DNA of 52,563 nucleotides from Planctomycetota bacterium (GTDB lineage: Bacteria; Planctomycetota; Planctomycetia; JALXBF01). Position numbers and translations under genes: made by a program. Where the stretch lies: the NCBI GenBank assembly GCA_026991575.1, contig JALXBF010000115.1, forward strand, positions 1 through 52,563, written 5' to 3'. Positions within the stretch are counted from its first letter, which is position 1, and every line of letters begins with the position of its first letter. Below the pieces are notes generated by a model. That model had not been told where the DNA came from. It saw nothing but the letters and a program-made list of their open reading frames with translations, and ran no database searches. Below, in pieces: positions 38,971 to 49,573 of the stretch.

Positions 38971-40533
38971 TCACACGGCTAATGGTACGCGATCGCGTGC
39001 CGCCGCGCGGTGCTGACGGATGGCAATCCAGGTACCGAACGCGCCACCGACGGTCCCGAGGAACACGCTGTCGATCGACGGCACGCGGCCGACGAATCCC
39101 TGCAGTGTCTCCAGCAGTGCAGCCACGACCAGTGTCAGCACGGAACCGACGATGATCGCGCTGGGACGACTCTTGCCCGCAGCCAGCCTGCCGGATGCAA
39201 CGGCCCAGCCGATCGGTATCATCATCGCAAACCATTCGAACACGTTCAGCACCAGCTCGATGCGGCCCGAACTGCGCTCCAGGCCCCGGGAAGGGACGAA
39301 GCTCCAAAAGCCGGCCGCTGAGGGCGTTACGGTCCCGGGGCTCAACAGTTGGGTAGCCGCGTAACCGATCGCAGCCACTACCACCGCGATGACGACCAGC
39401 GTGCGGTGCAACCGGATGATCCGCCAAACGACCGGACCGATCACCCCCGCCGCGGCGGCGATTAGCACGACGTTGATGTCGGCACACTCATGAGGGACGA
39501 GAAGTTGCAGGCCTTCGACCGTGGCCGCAAGGAGCGTTACGGCAAGCGGGCAAAGGAGCAAGTCAACGACAAGCCGTCCGCGACGCCAGGCTGCCAGCGC
39601 TGTGGCAAGCGCCACGTACAGGAAAGCAAACCCCGCGAGCTCGTGAGCGTAACGCAGCGGGGTCAGGTCCTGCCAGAACCGAACCGCGCGGTAGGGACTG
39701 TCGTCAATGGCGAAGCCCAGCTCACGCAGTTGAACGGCAAGATGAGTCCCCGGCATGCGCAGCGGGATGACGTTCGCTTTGGCTGCATTTCGAAGCACCT
39801 CACCATAGACGGCCGAGACTTCCCTGGGAAACAGACAGTGGATGAACAGGTAAGCGATCAAGAAGACAGTCGCCAGGCCGGCCGGCGAGCGAAGAAGTGA
39901 TTCCATGAGAGGCTGCCAGAGGCGGTCCCAAAGAAGCCGCCCCAGTAGCAGCGCCAGGATCGTCGCCACGATCGAACCGGCCGAGATCGTGACGATATCA
40001 GTTGGCGTAGCGACACGTCCCACGACACCTACTTGGATGACTTCCATGGCGGTCGCAGTGAGAAAGCCTTGTAAGCTGGCCAGCACAAGCGCAAGCAGGT
40101 ACGAGCCGGTTGCCCGTCGCCAGCCGATTGCCGCATACCAGCCCAGCAACAACCCGGCGGAAAAGTTCACCGCAGCGTTGCTGATGGAGAAATAGAACCC
40201 GAAGGTTGGCCGGTCACGGTCGAAGAAAGGCGTGCGCCACAGAACACGGAGGATCACGTCGGGTTGCCACCACTCCGGCCGGAACTCAAACGGCAAGAAT
40301 GCACTGTAGGCGTACAAGGCCGATAAGAGGAGGGCGATCCTTAGAGGCCAGTTCGCCTGCCGCCGTGAGACCCGGCCCTCCGGAAAGCTCGTGGCGTTGG
40401 TTGCCATTGCCTGAGATGCCGACTGGTTGCCGCCGTCACGCTTGCTTGCTACGGTCTCCGTATCCAAAGTGGTACGTTGTGCATCGAGTGGTGTCACAAG
40501 GCCCGAATCGAGCTCCTGGGTATCCGCGTTCAT
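38971..40533 (-). CDS. Multi-pass membrane protein with repeated VanZ-like domains
   Basis: Three ExxQ....R/H...D/S segments (MEVIQVGVVGR, VEGLQLLVPHE, LETLQGFVGR) each set among TM helices; PFEF motif. Confidence 0.7.
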   Translation of the reverse strand: MNADTQELDSGLVTPLDAQRTTLDTETVASKRDGGNQSASQAMATNATSFPEGRVSRRQANWPLRIALLLSALYAYSAFLPFEFRPEWWQPDVILRVLWRTPFFDRDRPTFGFYFSISNAAVNFSAGLLLGWYAAIGWRRATGSYLLALVLASLQGFLTATAMEVIQVGVVGRVATPTDIVTISAGSIVATILALLLGRLLWDRLWQPLMESLLRSPAGLATVFLIAYLFIHCLFPREVSAVYGEVLRNAAKANVIPLRMPGTHLAVQLRELGFAIDDSPYRAVRFWQDLTPLRYAHELAGFAFLYVALATALAAWRRGRLVVDLLLCPLAVTLLAATVEGLQLLVPHECADINVVLIAAAAGVIGPVVWRIIRLHRTLVVIAVVVAAIGYAATQLLSPGTVTPSAAGFWSFVPSRGLERSSGRIELVLNVFEWFAMMIPIGWAVASGRLAAGKSRPSAIIVGSVLTLVVAALLETLQGFVGRVPSIDSVFLGTVGGAFGTWIAIRQHRAAARDRVPLAV

Positions 40534-40644
40534 AGTGTACGTCTTCGTTGCCAGGTACAGTCCGCTAGATTCTGCAATCCGCTGACGTGAGCGCCGGCCG
40601 ACGGCTGCGACTTCGCTTGGGCGACTGCTGCTTGCGGCAGCGGC

Positions 40645-41625
40645 CTACTGAGCGCTTGCCCGTGTGCCGGCGCGTAATAGTTGTTCGGCGAGCTCCAGCG
40701 CGTCAGCCGGCCAGTACTCCGGGGGTCGAGGATGACGGCAGCGCGGGTTGGAGCGATCGGGCCGGCATTGCGTAATCGTCCGCACCCAGCGGTCAGGGAC
40801 GGCTTTCAGCCCGTAGACCGCTCCCAGCAGGGCGCCGCAAATGGCGGCGTTCGTGTCCGTGTCTCCGCCGCTCATGACCGTCTCTACAAGGGCTGCTTCC
40901 AGCGACGGCGCGTGTAAGAGCTGGTACATCGCGTTCTGCAAGGCAATGAGAACCCACCCCTGCTGCGTCAGGTAATCATCGGGGGGTTGCTGGGCGGCAG
41001 CGCGCAGGGCCTCCCGGACCGGGGCGAGAACCGACCGTTCCTCGGCCCAACCAATTACGTTCCGATACAACACCTCCGGCGACGGGCCGCGGCGGACGGC
41101 GTCGGCAACCGCCATCGCAAACAGGGCGCTGCACTGGCAACAGACCGGGTTGGGATGAGTGATCGCAGCGTCCCGTTCAGCCCAGTCGCCGACCTGGTGT
41201 ACCGGGAAGGCGGCACCGAAGATGCCCAAAGGGCTGATTCGCATGAGGGCTCCGTTGGACTGGCTGTCGTGGTTGGGCTGACCGGCCAACCCGGCAGCGG
41301 TGGTCAGCCCGCAGTCAAACGGACCGGAGTTCAGCCAGCGAACATAGGCCTGCCGGATCGCCTCCAGATCGAACCGCCCCACGCGGACCAGCGTTCTGGC
41401 CAGCGCCAGGGCCAGTTCAGAGTCGTCGGTTGGTTGGCCGGCCAGCGTGCCCCAAGTGCCCCCGTCCTGCAGGTCGTGTACCCCGTCCGGATAGAGTGCC
41501 CGGATGCTTTCTGGTGTCTGGAACTCGACGAGGCTCCCGAGACTGTCCCCTGCGAGCTGTCCCAGCAGGCAGCCTTGAGCCCGTTCCAGTTGGCCGGTGT
41601 GAGCGGTAGCGTTCGAGTGCCCCAT
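40645..41625 (-). CDS. ADP-ribosylglycohydrolase (DraG/ARH family)
   Basis: GCLLGQLAGDSLG..VEF, TDDSE, SNGALMRISP, THP, GGDTDTNAAICGALLGA. Confidence 0.93.
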   Translation of the reverse strand: MGHSNATAHTGQLERAQGCLLGQLAGDSLGSLVEFQTPESIRALYPDGVHDLQDGGTWGTLAGQPTDDSELALALARTLVRVGRFDLEAIRQAYVRWLNSGPFDCGLTTAAGLAGQPNHDSQSNGALMRISPLGIFGAAFPVHQVGDWAERDAAITHPNPVCCQCSALFAMAVADAVRRGPSPEVLYRNVIGWAEERSVLAPVREALRAAAQQPPDDYLTQQGWVLIALQNAMYQLLHAPSLEAALVETVMSGGDTDTNAAICGALLGAVYGLKAVPDRWVRTITQCRPDRSNPRCRHPRPPEYWPADALELAEQLLRAGTRASAQ

Positions 41626-42572
41626 TGTGGCCCCCCGTTGGATTCAGTGCTGTCGGACCAGCGCCGTGAATTGACGTCAACGCGACGCACATTCGGTTCC
41701 GCCGCGACGGTGGTGGCGGTCATCAGACCTGTCATCTCCGGCGTCGGCCGGCAGCGCAACCGCTGCATGGTTAACATCCTACCCGCGCGCCGTCGCCTGT
41801 GGGGTCGCGGGCCAGCCGACACGCTTGCCCAGGAAGCTGACCGCTACTGCAGACAGCGCTCCCAACCACGAAAACCGCGTCCGACGTCCGGATAGGCGCT
41901 GACCGTTGGCGTGCAGCATGTGATTTCCGGCATGGTTTGGGGACCTGAGCCGTCCGGCCAGCTACTGTGGCAGGTGTGCGTCTGCCCGTCGCCTGGGCTT
42001 GTTTGGGCGGCCGCGGAGACGAGCACGGGGCCGGTTGCTGGCAGGTGGTCGAGGAACTGCCCCCTGGAGTGCGCCCCCGGCGGTTTAGGTGAGCCGAGGC
42101 GGAGTCTCCGCTCGGGCGGTCCCGCTGGGCTGCCGACGGCGGCTGCAAAGCGTCAACGACCGCCAGGTCGTGCAAGGTGTTTCGGAGAAACACGTTAGCT
42201 GTGTCCCTGTTGGGTCGTAGGAGCCAGCAATCGACACGAGCCAGGCGACGCCATCTTTTCGTTAGGGGGGCCAGCGGGCCAGCAACAGCTGAGCCGGGCG
42301 CCGGGGCACGATCGGCCTTGAACTAGAGCCGCGAGGGCCGTATGAATAAGGTGACTTAGGCACTCGTACGCGTGATCGTAGCGACCACGCGAGACTGCGG
42401 CCGAATTGGGCCGAGCGTGGTACTGTTGGCTCCAGCCGTCGAAATGTCGTATGTGCGGAGGCGGTTGGGGCTAAGTGAGAGGCATTGTTTCCGCAGGTGG
42501 CGTGAGCGAGTGCCTAGCTGGGGTGTGCTCAGCTCACGGCGGGTCCCGCCGCCGCTATTCCCCGCGTTGTGT

Positions 42573-42645
42573 TCCCCGGTAGCTCAATTGGTAGAGCGGG
42601 CGGCTGTTAACCGCTAGGTTGCAGGTTCGAGTCCTGCCCGGGGAG
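42573..42645 (+). tRNA. tRNA-Asn (GTT), CCA not encoded
   Basis: Acceptor TCCCCGG/CCGGGGA, D-arm AGCTCAATTGGTAGAGC, anticodon arm GCGG-CTGTTAA-CCGC, T-arm GCAGGTTCGAGTCCTGC. Confidence 0.96.
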
Positions 42646-43619
42646 CTTCGGTTCGCCGACGGGCTAGCCCACCAGGCCTATGCCACCGCTCTACTGCTCT
42701 TGATCTTTCCTGTCCGCATGTGACGTCCACGGGGTAGCCCGCGTTACCTCTCGCAGTGGCCGTCGATTGACCACTTCGTTGCACATTGGCCACGTAGTTG
42801 GGCAGGGGCGAACAGGACAGTTTCCCTGTTGCTGCGGTTGTCCGCCGACTGGAGGCTTTGCACCGGGGCGTCCTTTCGACCCAATTCCCGTCAATAGCAT
42901 CTGCGTCGTGCCTTCGCAGGATTGCCGTGCGGCACTTCTCGCTGCTGGCCCATCATCCCTGCAGAAGGTGGCCGTGCTCGGAGCGCGGCAGGAGAGTACG
43001 CTGTTGCTCGCCTGGTATACGACCAGCTCTGCACAGGACGGCAGGGTCAGTAGCCTTGCTGGCAGGCCTGAGGTGCTCTGTTTTCCGTTGCCTGTGGTGT
43101 TGAGCCAGGCGGGGCCAGTTCAGCGTCTGCGCACACGATCGCTGGCCGAACGACAGGAAGACACGCCGGAGGGCATCGGGCTCAGGTTGCCATCCGGTGC
43201 CGTTCCGTTCTCGAGGGACATGCATGATGCTGCCCAACCCCGGACGAAGAGCCTGGGAGCTGGGCCCGGCACGTCCGGGGCTGCCCCAACGCGGTTCCGA
43301 GGCCGTCTTGCCGGGCATTGCGGTGGTCAGCCAGGCAGGCACCGCGGTCGCCGCTGCCCGAGCCGGGACGACCGCGACACCCCCGCTCCCGCTGGCCCGC
43401 CACGGCTTGGCGTAGACTGTGTGGTCGGGACGGCTTTGGATGGGACTTGCGAGACGAACGGTCTCGGGCGCGTCCGAGACGGCTCCGCTCCGAGGGCCCC
43501 ATCCGAGTCGGCCACGAACGCTTTCCTCCGCTCCGCGCCGTGCCAAAGATAAAGGGAACGCGGGGAAGCTGCCGCACCTGCGCGCGTGTTCGAAGAGCCC
43601 TTCTGGGAGAACCCTACCG

Positions 43620-44735
43620 GTGCTCTCGAGGCTCCTATCGCTTGTCTACAAGGAGTTCGTCGTGCTGCTGCGCGATCCGCGCAGCCGGTTCTTCGTTATA
43701 GCCCCCCCGATTATCCAGCTCATCGTCTTCTCCAATGCAGCCACCTTTGACCTAATCGAGGCCCCGCTGGCGATCTTCGATGAGAGCCGCACCGAGTTGT
43801 CCCGCGCACTGGCTGCGTCGTTCGACGCCTCAGAAGCGTTCGAAATCGTGGCCTGGATCCACGACGACCAGCAAGTCCGCCAGCTCCTGGATTCCAAGAC
43901 ATGCCTGGCCGTGGTGCGAATCCCGCAGCGGTTCGCCGCCGACCTGGCCCGGCACCAGCCGACCCCGGTGCAGGTCTTGCTCGATGCACGTAACTCGAAC
44001 ACTGCACTGCTAGCTCTTAGCTACACCCAGCAAATCGTTGACCGGTTCAACCGACAACTTGCCGGGCGTGACATCAGACGATCGACTGGCCCGCGGATCG
44101 AGGTCGTTTCGCGCGCTTGGTTTAACCCGAACCTCCTTAGCCGCTGGTTCTTCGTGCCCGGTATCGTTGCCCTCGTGACCCTGGTCACTTCGCTGATTGT
44201 CACGGCGCTGTCGGTTGCGCGAGAGCGCGAACAGCTCACGCTGGAGCGTGTGCTTGTCACCCCGTACCAGCCCATCGAACTGCTCATCGGCAAGACGATT
44301 CCTGGTGTGCTTATCGGGCTGACCTCAGCCAGCATCGTGATCTTCGTCGCGCTGATCGTGTTCCGGATCCCATTGCGCGGTTCCCTGCCTGCCCTTTACC
44401 TCGGTCTGACCACCTTCTTGCTCTCGTGTGTCGGCATCGGCCTGTTTGTCTCCTCCCTCGCGCGCAGCCAGCAGCAGGGGCTGATGGGGGCGTTCATCTT
44501 CTTCGTACCGGCCGTGATTCTTTCGGGCTTCGCCACGCCAGTGCACAATATGCCGGCCTTCTTCCAGTACGTTGCGTACATCGACCCGCTGTACTACTGC
44601 CTTAGGGTCGTGAGGGCCGTTTTCCTGCAGGGGGCCACGGTAGGTGATGTGGCAGCCGAGCTGGCCGCGATGACGGCACTCGGTTTGGGGGCGCTTTCGC
44701 TGGCGGCGCTGTTCTTCCGCCGAGCGACAGGCTAA
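43620..44735 (+). CDS. ABC-2 type exporter permease (YbhR-like)
   Basis: KEFVVLLRDPRSR..PPIIQL, QVLLDARNSNTA, WFNPNL, SVAREREQLTLE, LSGFATPVHNMP. GTG 43620 with GGAG RBS. Confidence 0.9.
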   Translation: MLSRLLSLVYKEFVVLLRDPRSRFFVIAPPIIQLIVFSNAATFDLIEAPLAIFDESRTELSRALAASFDASEAFEIVAWIHDDQQVRQLLDSKTCLAVVRIPQRFAADLARHQPTPVQVLLDARNSNTALLALSYTQQIVDRFNRQLAGRDIRRSTGPRIEVVSRAWFNPNLLSRWFFVPGIVALVTLVTSLIVTALSVAREREQLTLERVLVTPYQPIELLIGKTIPGVLIGLTSASIVIFVALIVFRIPLRGSLPALYLGLTTFLLSCVGIGLFVSSLARSQQQGLMGAFIFFVPAVILSGFATPVHNMPAFFQYVAYIDPLYYCLRVVRAVFLQGATVGDVAAELAAMTALGLGALSLAALFFRRATG

Positions 44736-44762
44736 CGAGCCGGCACACTGGGGAGCGATCTA

Positions 44763-45431
44763 GTGAGCGAGCAGATTACCGACGTTCTCCTCAGATCGCT
44801 GCACGTCTCCGGGCTGGCCACGGCGATCGCCTGTTTGCTGGGGGTTCCAGCAGGGGTGCTGCTGGGGCGATCGCGCAGGCGGTGGGCCAGGCTGGCCCGG
44901 CTGCTTGCGCACACGCTGCTGGCGCTGCCGCCGGTCGTTGTCGGACTCGTGCTTTACATCGTTTTTTCACGCAGCGGACCGCTGGGCAATTGGGGATGGC
45001 TGTTCACGACGCGAATCATGGTACTGGCCCAGGTTATCCTGGCAACGCCGTTTGTGGTTTCGGTCGTAGCCAGCGCGATGTCAGCGGTGCCGGTGGAACT
45101 TGAGCTGCAGCTGCAGGCTATTGGAGCAAGCCGTTTGCAGGCCCGGCTGCTGGCCCTGCGTGAGGCCCTACCCGGCATCGCACTTGCCGCAGCGGCTGCC
45201 TTCGGGCGAAGCATCTCAGAGGTAGGTGCTGTGCTGATGGTAGGCGGCAACATCGAACAGCACACGCGTGTGTTGACCACGGCGATCGTCCTGGAGACCG
45301 GGCGTGGCCATTTTCGACTGGCGTTGCTGCTTGGGGCCATCCTGTTGACGCTGGCCCTGGCGGCCAACGCTGCACTGCTTGCTTTGTCTGCTCGCACCGG
45401 AGTCGCGCTGCCGCGAGCCGCGGCCGAATGA
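44763..45431 (+). CDS. Tungstate-type ABC transporter permease (TupB-like)
   Basis: LPPVVVGL..SRSGPLG..LFT, AQ, FGRSISEVGA.LMVGGNI..TRVLTTAIVLET. Confidence 0.85.
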   Translation: MSEQITDVLLRSLHVSGLATAIACLLGVPAGVLLGRSRRRWARLARLLAHTLLALPPVVVGLVLYIVFSRSGPLGNWGWLFTTRIMVLAQVILATPFVVSVVASAMSAVPVELELQLQAIGASRLQARLLALREALPGIALAAAAAFGRSISEVGAVLMVGGNIEQHTRVLTTAIVLETGRGHFRLALLLGAILLTLALAANAALLALSARTGVALPRAAAE

Positions 45432-46180
45432 CCGAGAGAAGACTAGGGGGCGTCGCCGTGAGCGCAGCAACTGAGCTGCTGGTGGCCGAAGGGCTGAGGC
45501 GAAGTCGAGGCCGAACATTCCAGCTTGCGGTGGACCGGCTCACGCTCCGTGCCGGCGAAATACTCTGTGTGCTCGGCCCCACGGGTGCGGGCAAGAGCAC
45601 GCTGCTGCGGCTGCTGGCCGGCATCGAGCGTCCGGATGAAGGCTGCGTGACGTGGCCCGGGGGGGATGGAGCCGGGCGCCGTGGCCGCCCGCTTCTGGTG
45701 CCCCAACGACCACTCTTGGTCACCGGCACGGTCCGCTACAACGTGGCGCTCGGCCTTCGCTTCCGGAAGACGGCCACTGCTGAGCTGACCAGGCTGGTCG
45801 ATCGGGTGGCCGAGCGTTTGGAGCTGACCGCATTGCTGGATCGGCCGGCACGGCAGCTGTCCGGCGGCGAGACCCGGCTGGTAGCCTTGGCCCGGGCACT
45901 GGTGCTGGAGCCTGACGTGTTGCTGGTCGATGAGCCGACGGCGGATCTGGACCCAGGCCGGGGCGCGTTGGTTGAGCGGGTGCTGACGGAGACCGCTCGC
46001 CGGCGAGGTGCCGGCGTCGTGTGGACGACACACAACCTGTTCCAGGCACGACGCGTCGCAACGACGGTGATGTTGCTGTGCGGTGGTGAGGTGGTCGAGG
46101 TGGGCCCGGCGGAAGCGTTCTTTCGGACTCCGCGCACGCCGCTGGCACGCCGCTTCCTGGAGGGCGAGCTGCTGTATTGA
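45428..46180 (+). CDS. ABC transporter ATP-binding protein (TupC-like)
   Basis: GPTGAGKST, LSGGE, VDEPTADLDP, TTHNLFQARR; ATGA-coupled to the permease. Confidence 0.85.
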   Translation: MTERRLGGVAVSAATELLVAEGLRRSRGRTFQLAVDRLTLRAGEILCVLGPTGAGKSTLLRLLAGIERPDEGCVTWPGGDGAGRRGRPLLVPQRPLLVTGTVRYNVALGLRFRKTATAELTRLVDRVAERLELTALLDRPARQLSGGETRLVALARALVLEPDVLLVDEPTADLDPGRGALVERVLTETARRRGAGVVWTTHNLFQARRVATTVMLLCGGEVVEVGPAEAFFRTPRTPLARRFLEGELLY

Positions 46181-46263
46181 GCTGTCCTAGCAGGGGCCTG
46201 CTCAACCGCACGGACGCGTGCAGCCATCCGCGGACGACGCGCCCCCTCGTCGTCACTCCCGGC

Positions 46264-47298
46264 CTAGCTTTGCCACTCCTCAATCAGCCTCTGGTAGATG
46301 CTCAGGTAGTCCGATGCCATACGTTCCACCGTGAACCGTTCCTCGAACACTTCGCGGATCTTGCGGCGGTCCAAATCAGCCACGTTCCGCGTTGCTTCAA
46401 TTGCCTCCTCCAGCGTCGTGACCACGAAGCCGGTGACTCCGTCAACCATGACCTCGGGCACCGAGCCGCGACGGTAGGCGATGACCGGAGTCCCGCAGGC
46501 CATTGCTTCGATCATGACCAGCCCGAACGGCTCGGGCCAATCGATCGGGAACAGCAGCGCGTAAGCGTTGCCCAGAAACTCGTCCTTTTCCCCCTCGCCG
46601 ATCTCGCCGATGTACTCAATCAGCGGACTGTCCATCAGCGGCCGGATCACCGTGTCAAAGTACTCCTTGTCTACCCTGTCGACCTTCGCGGCAATCTTCA
46701 GCGGCATGCCCAGGGCTCGGGCAATCAGGATTGCCCGATCGCAGCGTTTCTCGGGCGAGATCCGGCCCAAAAAGGCCAGGTACTTGCCGTGGTCCGGTCG
46801 AAACCGGTACAGGTCACGCGGCAACCCGTGATACACCGTGCCAACCCAGCGCACGTGCGGCAACGGCTCACGCTGGGCGTTGGAGATCGAGATCACAGGC
46901 ATGTCGGTGAACTCCTGGTAGAGGTTCTCCAGATCGGCCAGGTCGAGCCGGCCGTGCAGCGTGGTGACGTGGGGCACGTTGTGGCGACGGGACAGGGGGT
47001 AGTGCAGGTAATCGATGTGGTAGTGGACGATGTCAAATTCGTGAATGCGCTGGAAGACCATCTCCAGCTCGAGGATGTGGTGCGCGATGTGGTCAACAGC
47101 GTTCTTGTCCAGACGCAGGGCTCGGCGGCACGGTGCGACGAGCCGGGCCTTGGTCTCGGAGTCACCGCTAGCAAAGAGCGTCACCTCGTGGCCGCGGCGC
47201 ACGAGCTCTTCAGTCAGGTACGAGACGATCCGCTCCGTGCCGCCGTAGTACTTCGGCGGCACAGCCTCGAACAACGGCGAAACCTGTGCAATCCGCAT
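46264..47298 (-). CDS. Glycosyltransferase family 4 protein
   Basis: MRIAQVSP..VPPKYYGGTER, FLGRISPEK, WPEPFGLVMIEAMACGTPV; GGAGG RBS. Confidence 0.94.
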   Translation of the reverse strand: MRIAQVSPLFEAVPPKYYGGTERIVSYLTEELVRRGHEVTLFASGDSETKARLVAPCRRALRLDKNAVDHIAHHILELEMVFQRIHEFDIVHYHIDYLHYPLSRRHNVPHVTTLHGRLDLADLENLYQEFTDMPVISISNAQREPLPHVRWVGTVYHGLPRDLYRFRPDHGKYLAFLGRISPEKRCDRAILIARALGMPLKIAAKVDRVDKEYFDTVIRPLMDSPLIEYIGEIGEGEKDEFLGNAYALLFPIDWPEPFGLVMIEAMACGTPVIAYRRGSVPEVMVDGVTGFVVTTLEEAIEATRNVADLDRRKIREVFEERFTVERMASDYLSIYQRLIEEWQS

Positions 47299-48004
47299 CG
47301 TCAGCGGACCTCCACGCGATGAGTTCCCTCGTTGATGTATCCTACCGCCTCCATGCAAATTAACTCTCTACCCCATCCTAGCTCGTTTGCCTGCCGATGT
47401 TGTTCTTCTGGCCCGTCACGCAGGGGGATGGCAGACGTACTCCGGCGTGCGCCGGCGAGAACAACCGCGGTACGAGCAGTCGTCGCTACCTTTGCCAAGG
47501 CACACGGTGAGAACGGTAGCGTGCTCGAGGCAGGTCAACGCGCCCGTCCAGATCAGGCACACCGTTGGAACCGGGCGCAGCGTACGGAAGGAAGCTCTCG
47601 GGACAATGGTACGGCCTGCGATTCCGTGGCGGCTATTCGGCACAGTTGGACGGGCCAGCAGGCGTGGTTACCGGAGAGCTTTGCCCGGTTCGGTTTCTCA
47701 AAGGTAGGCGCAGATCGTTGGCAAGCAGGGAGAGGGCCTGCGTGCGCGTTGTCACCGGCGCGCGCGGCCGACGCGTTGGGACAGCGAACGTGTGCGGGGA
47801 CGGGAGCTTGCGCGGCTGGGTGAGTGCTGAGGCTTTGCCGACTCCCGCACCGAAGCTCGCGGCCATGGCAGAGCAGGTCGTTGCTGCTCGCTCGGACTCA
47901 GCCCCCTGAGTAGAAGCCCGCTTGGCGGCTCGTCGCCCCCTCCCGGTGAGGGCTGCCTATGGCCGTGCCTGCGGAAGCTCAACCAGGTCGGTGCACAACG
48001 TAAA

Positions 48005-49483
48005 ATGAACCACTTCCGTACTGCTGTTCGCCAGGTCGCGCCGGACAGAACATCTGGTCGACGCACAATGCATGGGGTCACGATTTCAAGGGAGACGTTC
48101 GATTCCCTCGCGGAGCTTGCCGAAGAATACGGCCGTCGTCCCCGGTTGCGGCCATACATCGCAGAGAAGGCCTGTGATCTGGTGCAAGCCTTCGCTCCGT
48201 GGTGGCTAACGGCCGAGGCCCTGGCACAGGCCAGCCGCAGTGGTACTCCGCCCGCAGATGCGGTGGATCCTGCAAGGTTCACCACTCACGGCCTGGCCCG
48301 CATCCTTTGCCTGTGGCCGACGGCACTGGCCGCGACCATCGAACGAACGGCACCCGCGCGGGACGGTGCTCGCTTGTTACGCGACGCTTGCGTCTTGCCC
48401 GTGCGGTGGGTTCTTGGTGCTTCGCGGCCTGTCAATCCTCTTCCCGATCCACTGGCTCAACTCGCTGAGACTGTCCGATGCGAACTACGGGAAGTCGGCC
48501 TGTTGGCGCACGGCCAGGAAGTCACCCTGGAGTGGTGCCTGGGCCCCTATCGCTTGAAGAGCCCCATCGAGTTCTGTGATGTACAGCTAAGTCTTGCGTC
48601 CGGCTTCGTCCCTTTGGCCTCGGCACTGATTGTGGCAGCGAACGGAGGCGAGCCTGCCGTGGGCGTGTGGTCCACGGGAGCGTGGAACGCGGAGTTCAAC
48701 TTTTGCGAGAACGTGGACGGCGTGCCGCAAAAGGTGCGGACAGCGCTTTCGTTTGGTGCCGAACACGTTTTCGTCCCCTCCGGAAACTACCACGAAGCAG
48801 CAAGGGAAGCAGCCAGGCCCGAGCAGGTGCATGCGCTGGCCGTGGGGCCATCGCTGGACCGAGTGCTCGCGCCGCTGTTGGTGGCCTATCGGGCAGAGCC
48901 ACCTGCCAACGCCTCCTACGAGGAGAAACGCGCGTACTACGTGTACACAGCCGAGTACGATCCGTCGCGCGCACGACGGTACTACGACCGGGCACTCCTG
49001 GAAGACGTCGCGGCCCGAGTGACGCAACGGATGGATGCCCAGCTTTGCTCGCTTGTGGAAGGCCGCTGCGCTCTGGTAACCGTGGCCAGCCAGAGTCCAG
49101 GTGTCGTGTTGCTGGCGGCTTTGGTATTCCGCCCTTGCCGAATCGTGCTCGTGTACGACGATGCGCAGGCCGCCAAGCAGGTGAATGACGAACTGAGGCA
49201 ACGCGGTTACAGCAACGTGGTATGCCTGAGGCTGGACGAAGACCATTTGGGCACAGTGAGGCAGCTCGCCGCAAAGATCAACGAGTGCACAGCGGGCCTG
49301 CCTGTCATCATTGACCTGACTCCGGGTAGCAAGAGCCACACGCTTGCGCTCTACCGGGCACCTGTACAACGGGCCCATCGCGTCTATCTGAGGAACCGCT
49401 GGACCCAGCCGTCCCGAAAGGGGGCGCGGGGGATCGAGGACCCCGACACGATGCAATACGTGACGGTGACAGACGACCAGTAG
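48005..49483 (+). CDS. Lon-type (S16) protease domain fused to a C-terminal CARF-like domain, no AAA+ module (copy 2)
   Basis: LASGFVPLASALI...WSTGAW...VDGVPQKVRTA..FGAEHVFVPSGN. Ser codon 48599-48601 and Lys codon 48731-48733 are 44 residues apart. C-terminal ALVTVASQ..PCRIVLVY..IIDLTPGSK..RVYL. Start may be ATG 48068. Confidence 0.78.
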   Translation: MNHFRTAVRQVAPDRTSGRRTMHGVTISRETFDSLAELAEEYGRRPRLRPYIAEKACDLVQAFAPWWLTAEALAQASRSGTPPADAVDPARFTTHGLARILCLWPTALAATIERTAPARDGARLLRDACVLPVRWVLGASRPVNPLPDPLAQLAETVRCELREVGLLAHGQEVTLEWCLGPYRLKSPIEFCDVQLSLASGFVPLASALIVAANGGEPAVGVWSTGAWNAEFNFCENVDGVPQKVRTALSFGAEHVFVPSGNYHEAAREAARPEQVHALAVGPSLDRVLAPLLVAYRAEPPANASYEEKRAYYVYTAEYDPSRARRYYDRALLEDVAARVTQRMDAQLCSLVEGRCALVTVASQSPGVVLLAALVFRPCRIVLVYDDAQAAKQVNDELRQRGYSNVVCLRLDEDHLGTVRQLAAKINECTAGLPVIIDLTPGSKSHTLALYRAPVQRAHRVYLRNRWTQPSRKGARGIEDPDTMQYVTVTDDQ

Positions 49484-49573
49484 CTGCTGGTGCCACGGCC
49501 TCCAGAGGCTACGGGATCGACTGCTGGGACACCAGAACGGGGTGGCGTCGGTAGCGTAGCAGAGCAGAAGGTG

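Noticed and set aside
38933..39487. N-terminal extension of the HlyD ORF in the ORF track
   Set aside because: It overlaps the VanZ-like gene in another frame and is Arg/Gly-rich; an RBS and signal-like sequence support ATG 38932.
40645..41625. ADP-ribosylglycohydrolase as part of the Lon-CARF system or a toxin-antitoxin pair
   Set aside because: It is more than 6 kb from either module and has no adjacent ADP-ribosyltransferase.
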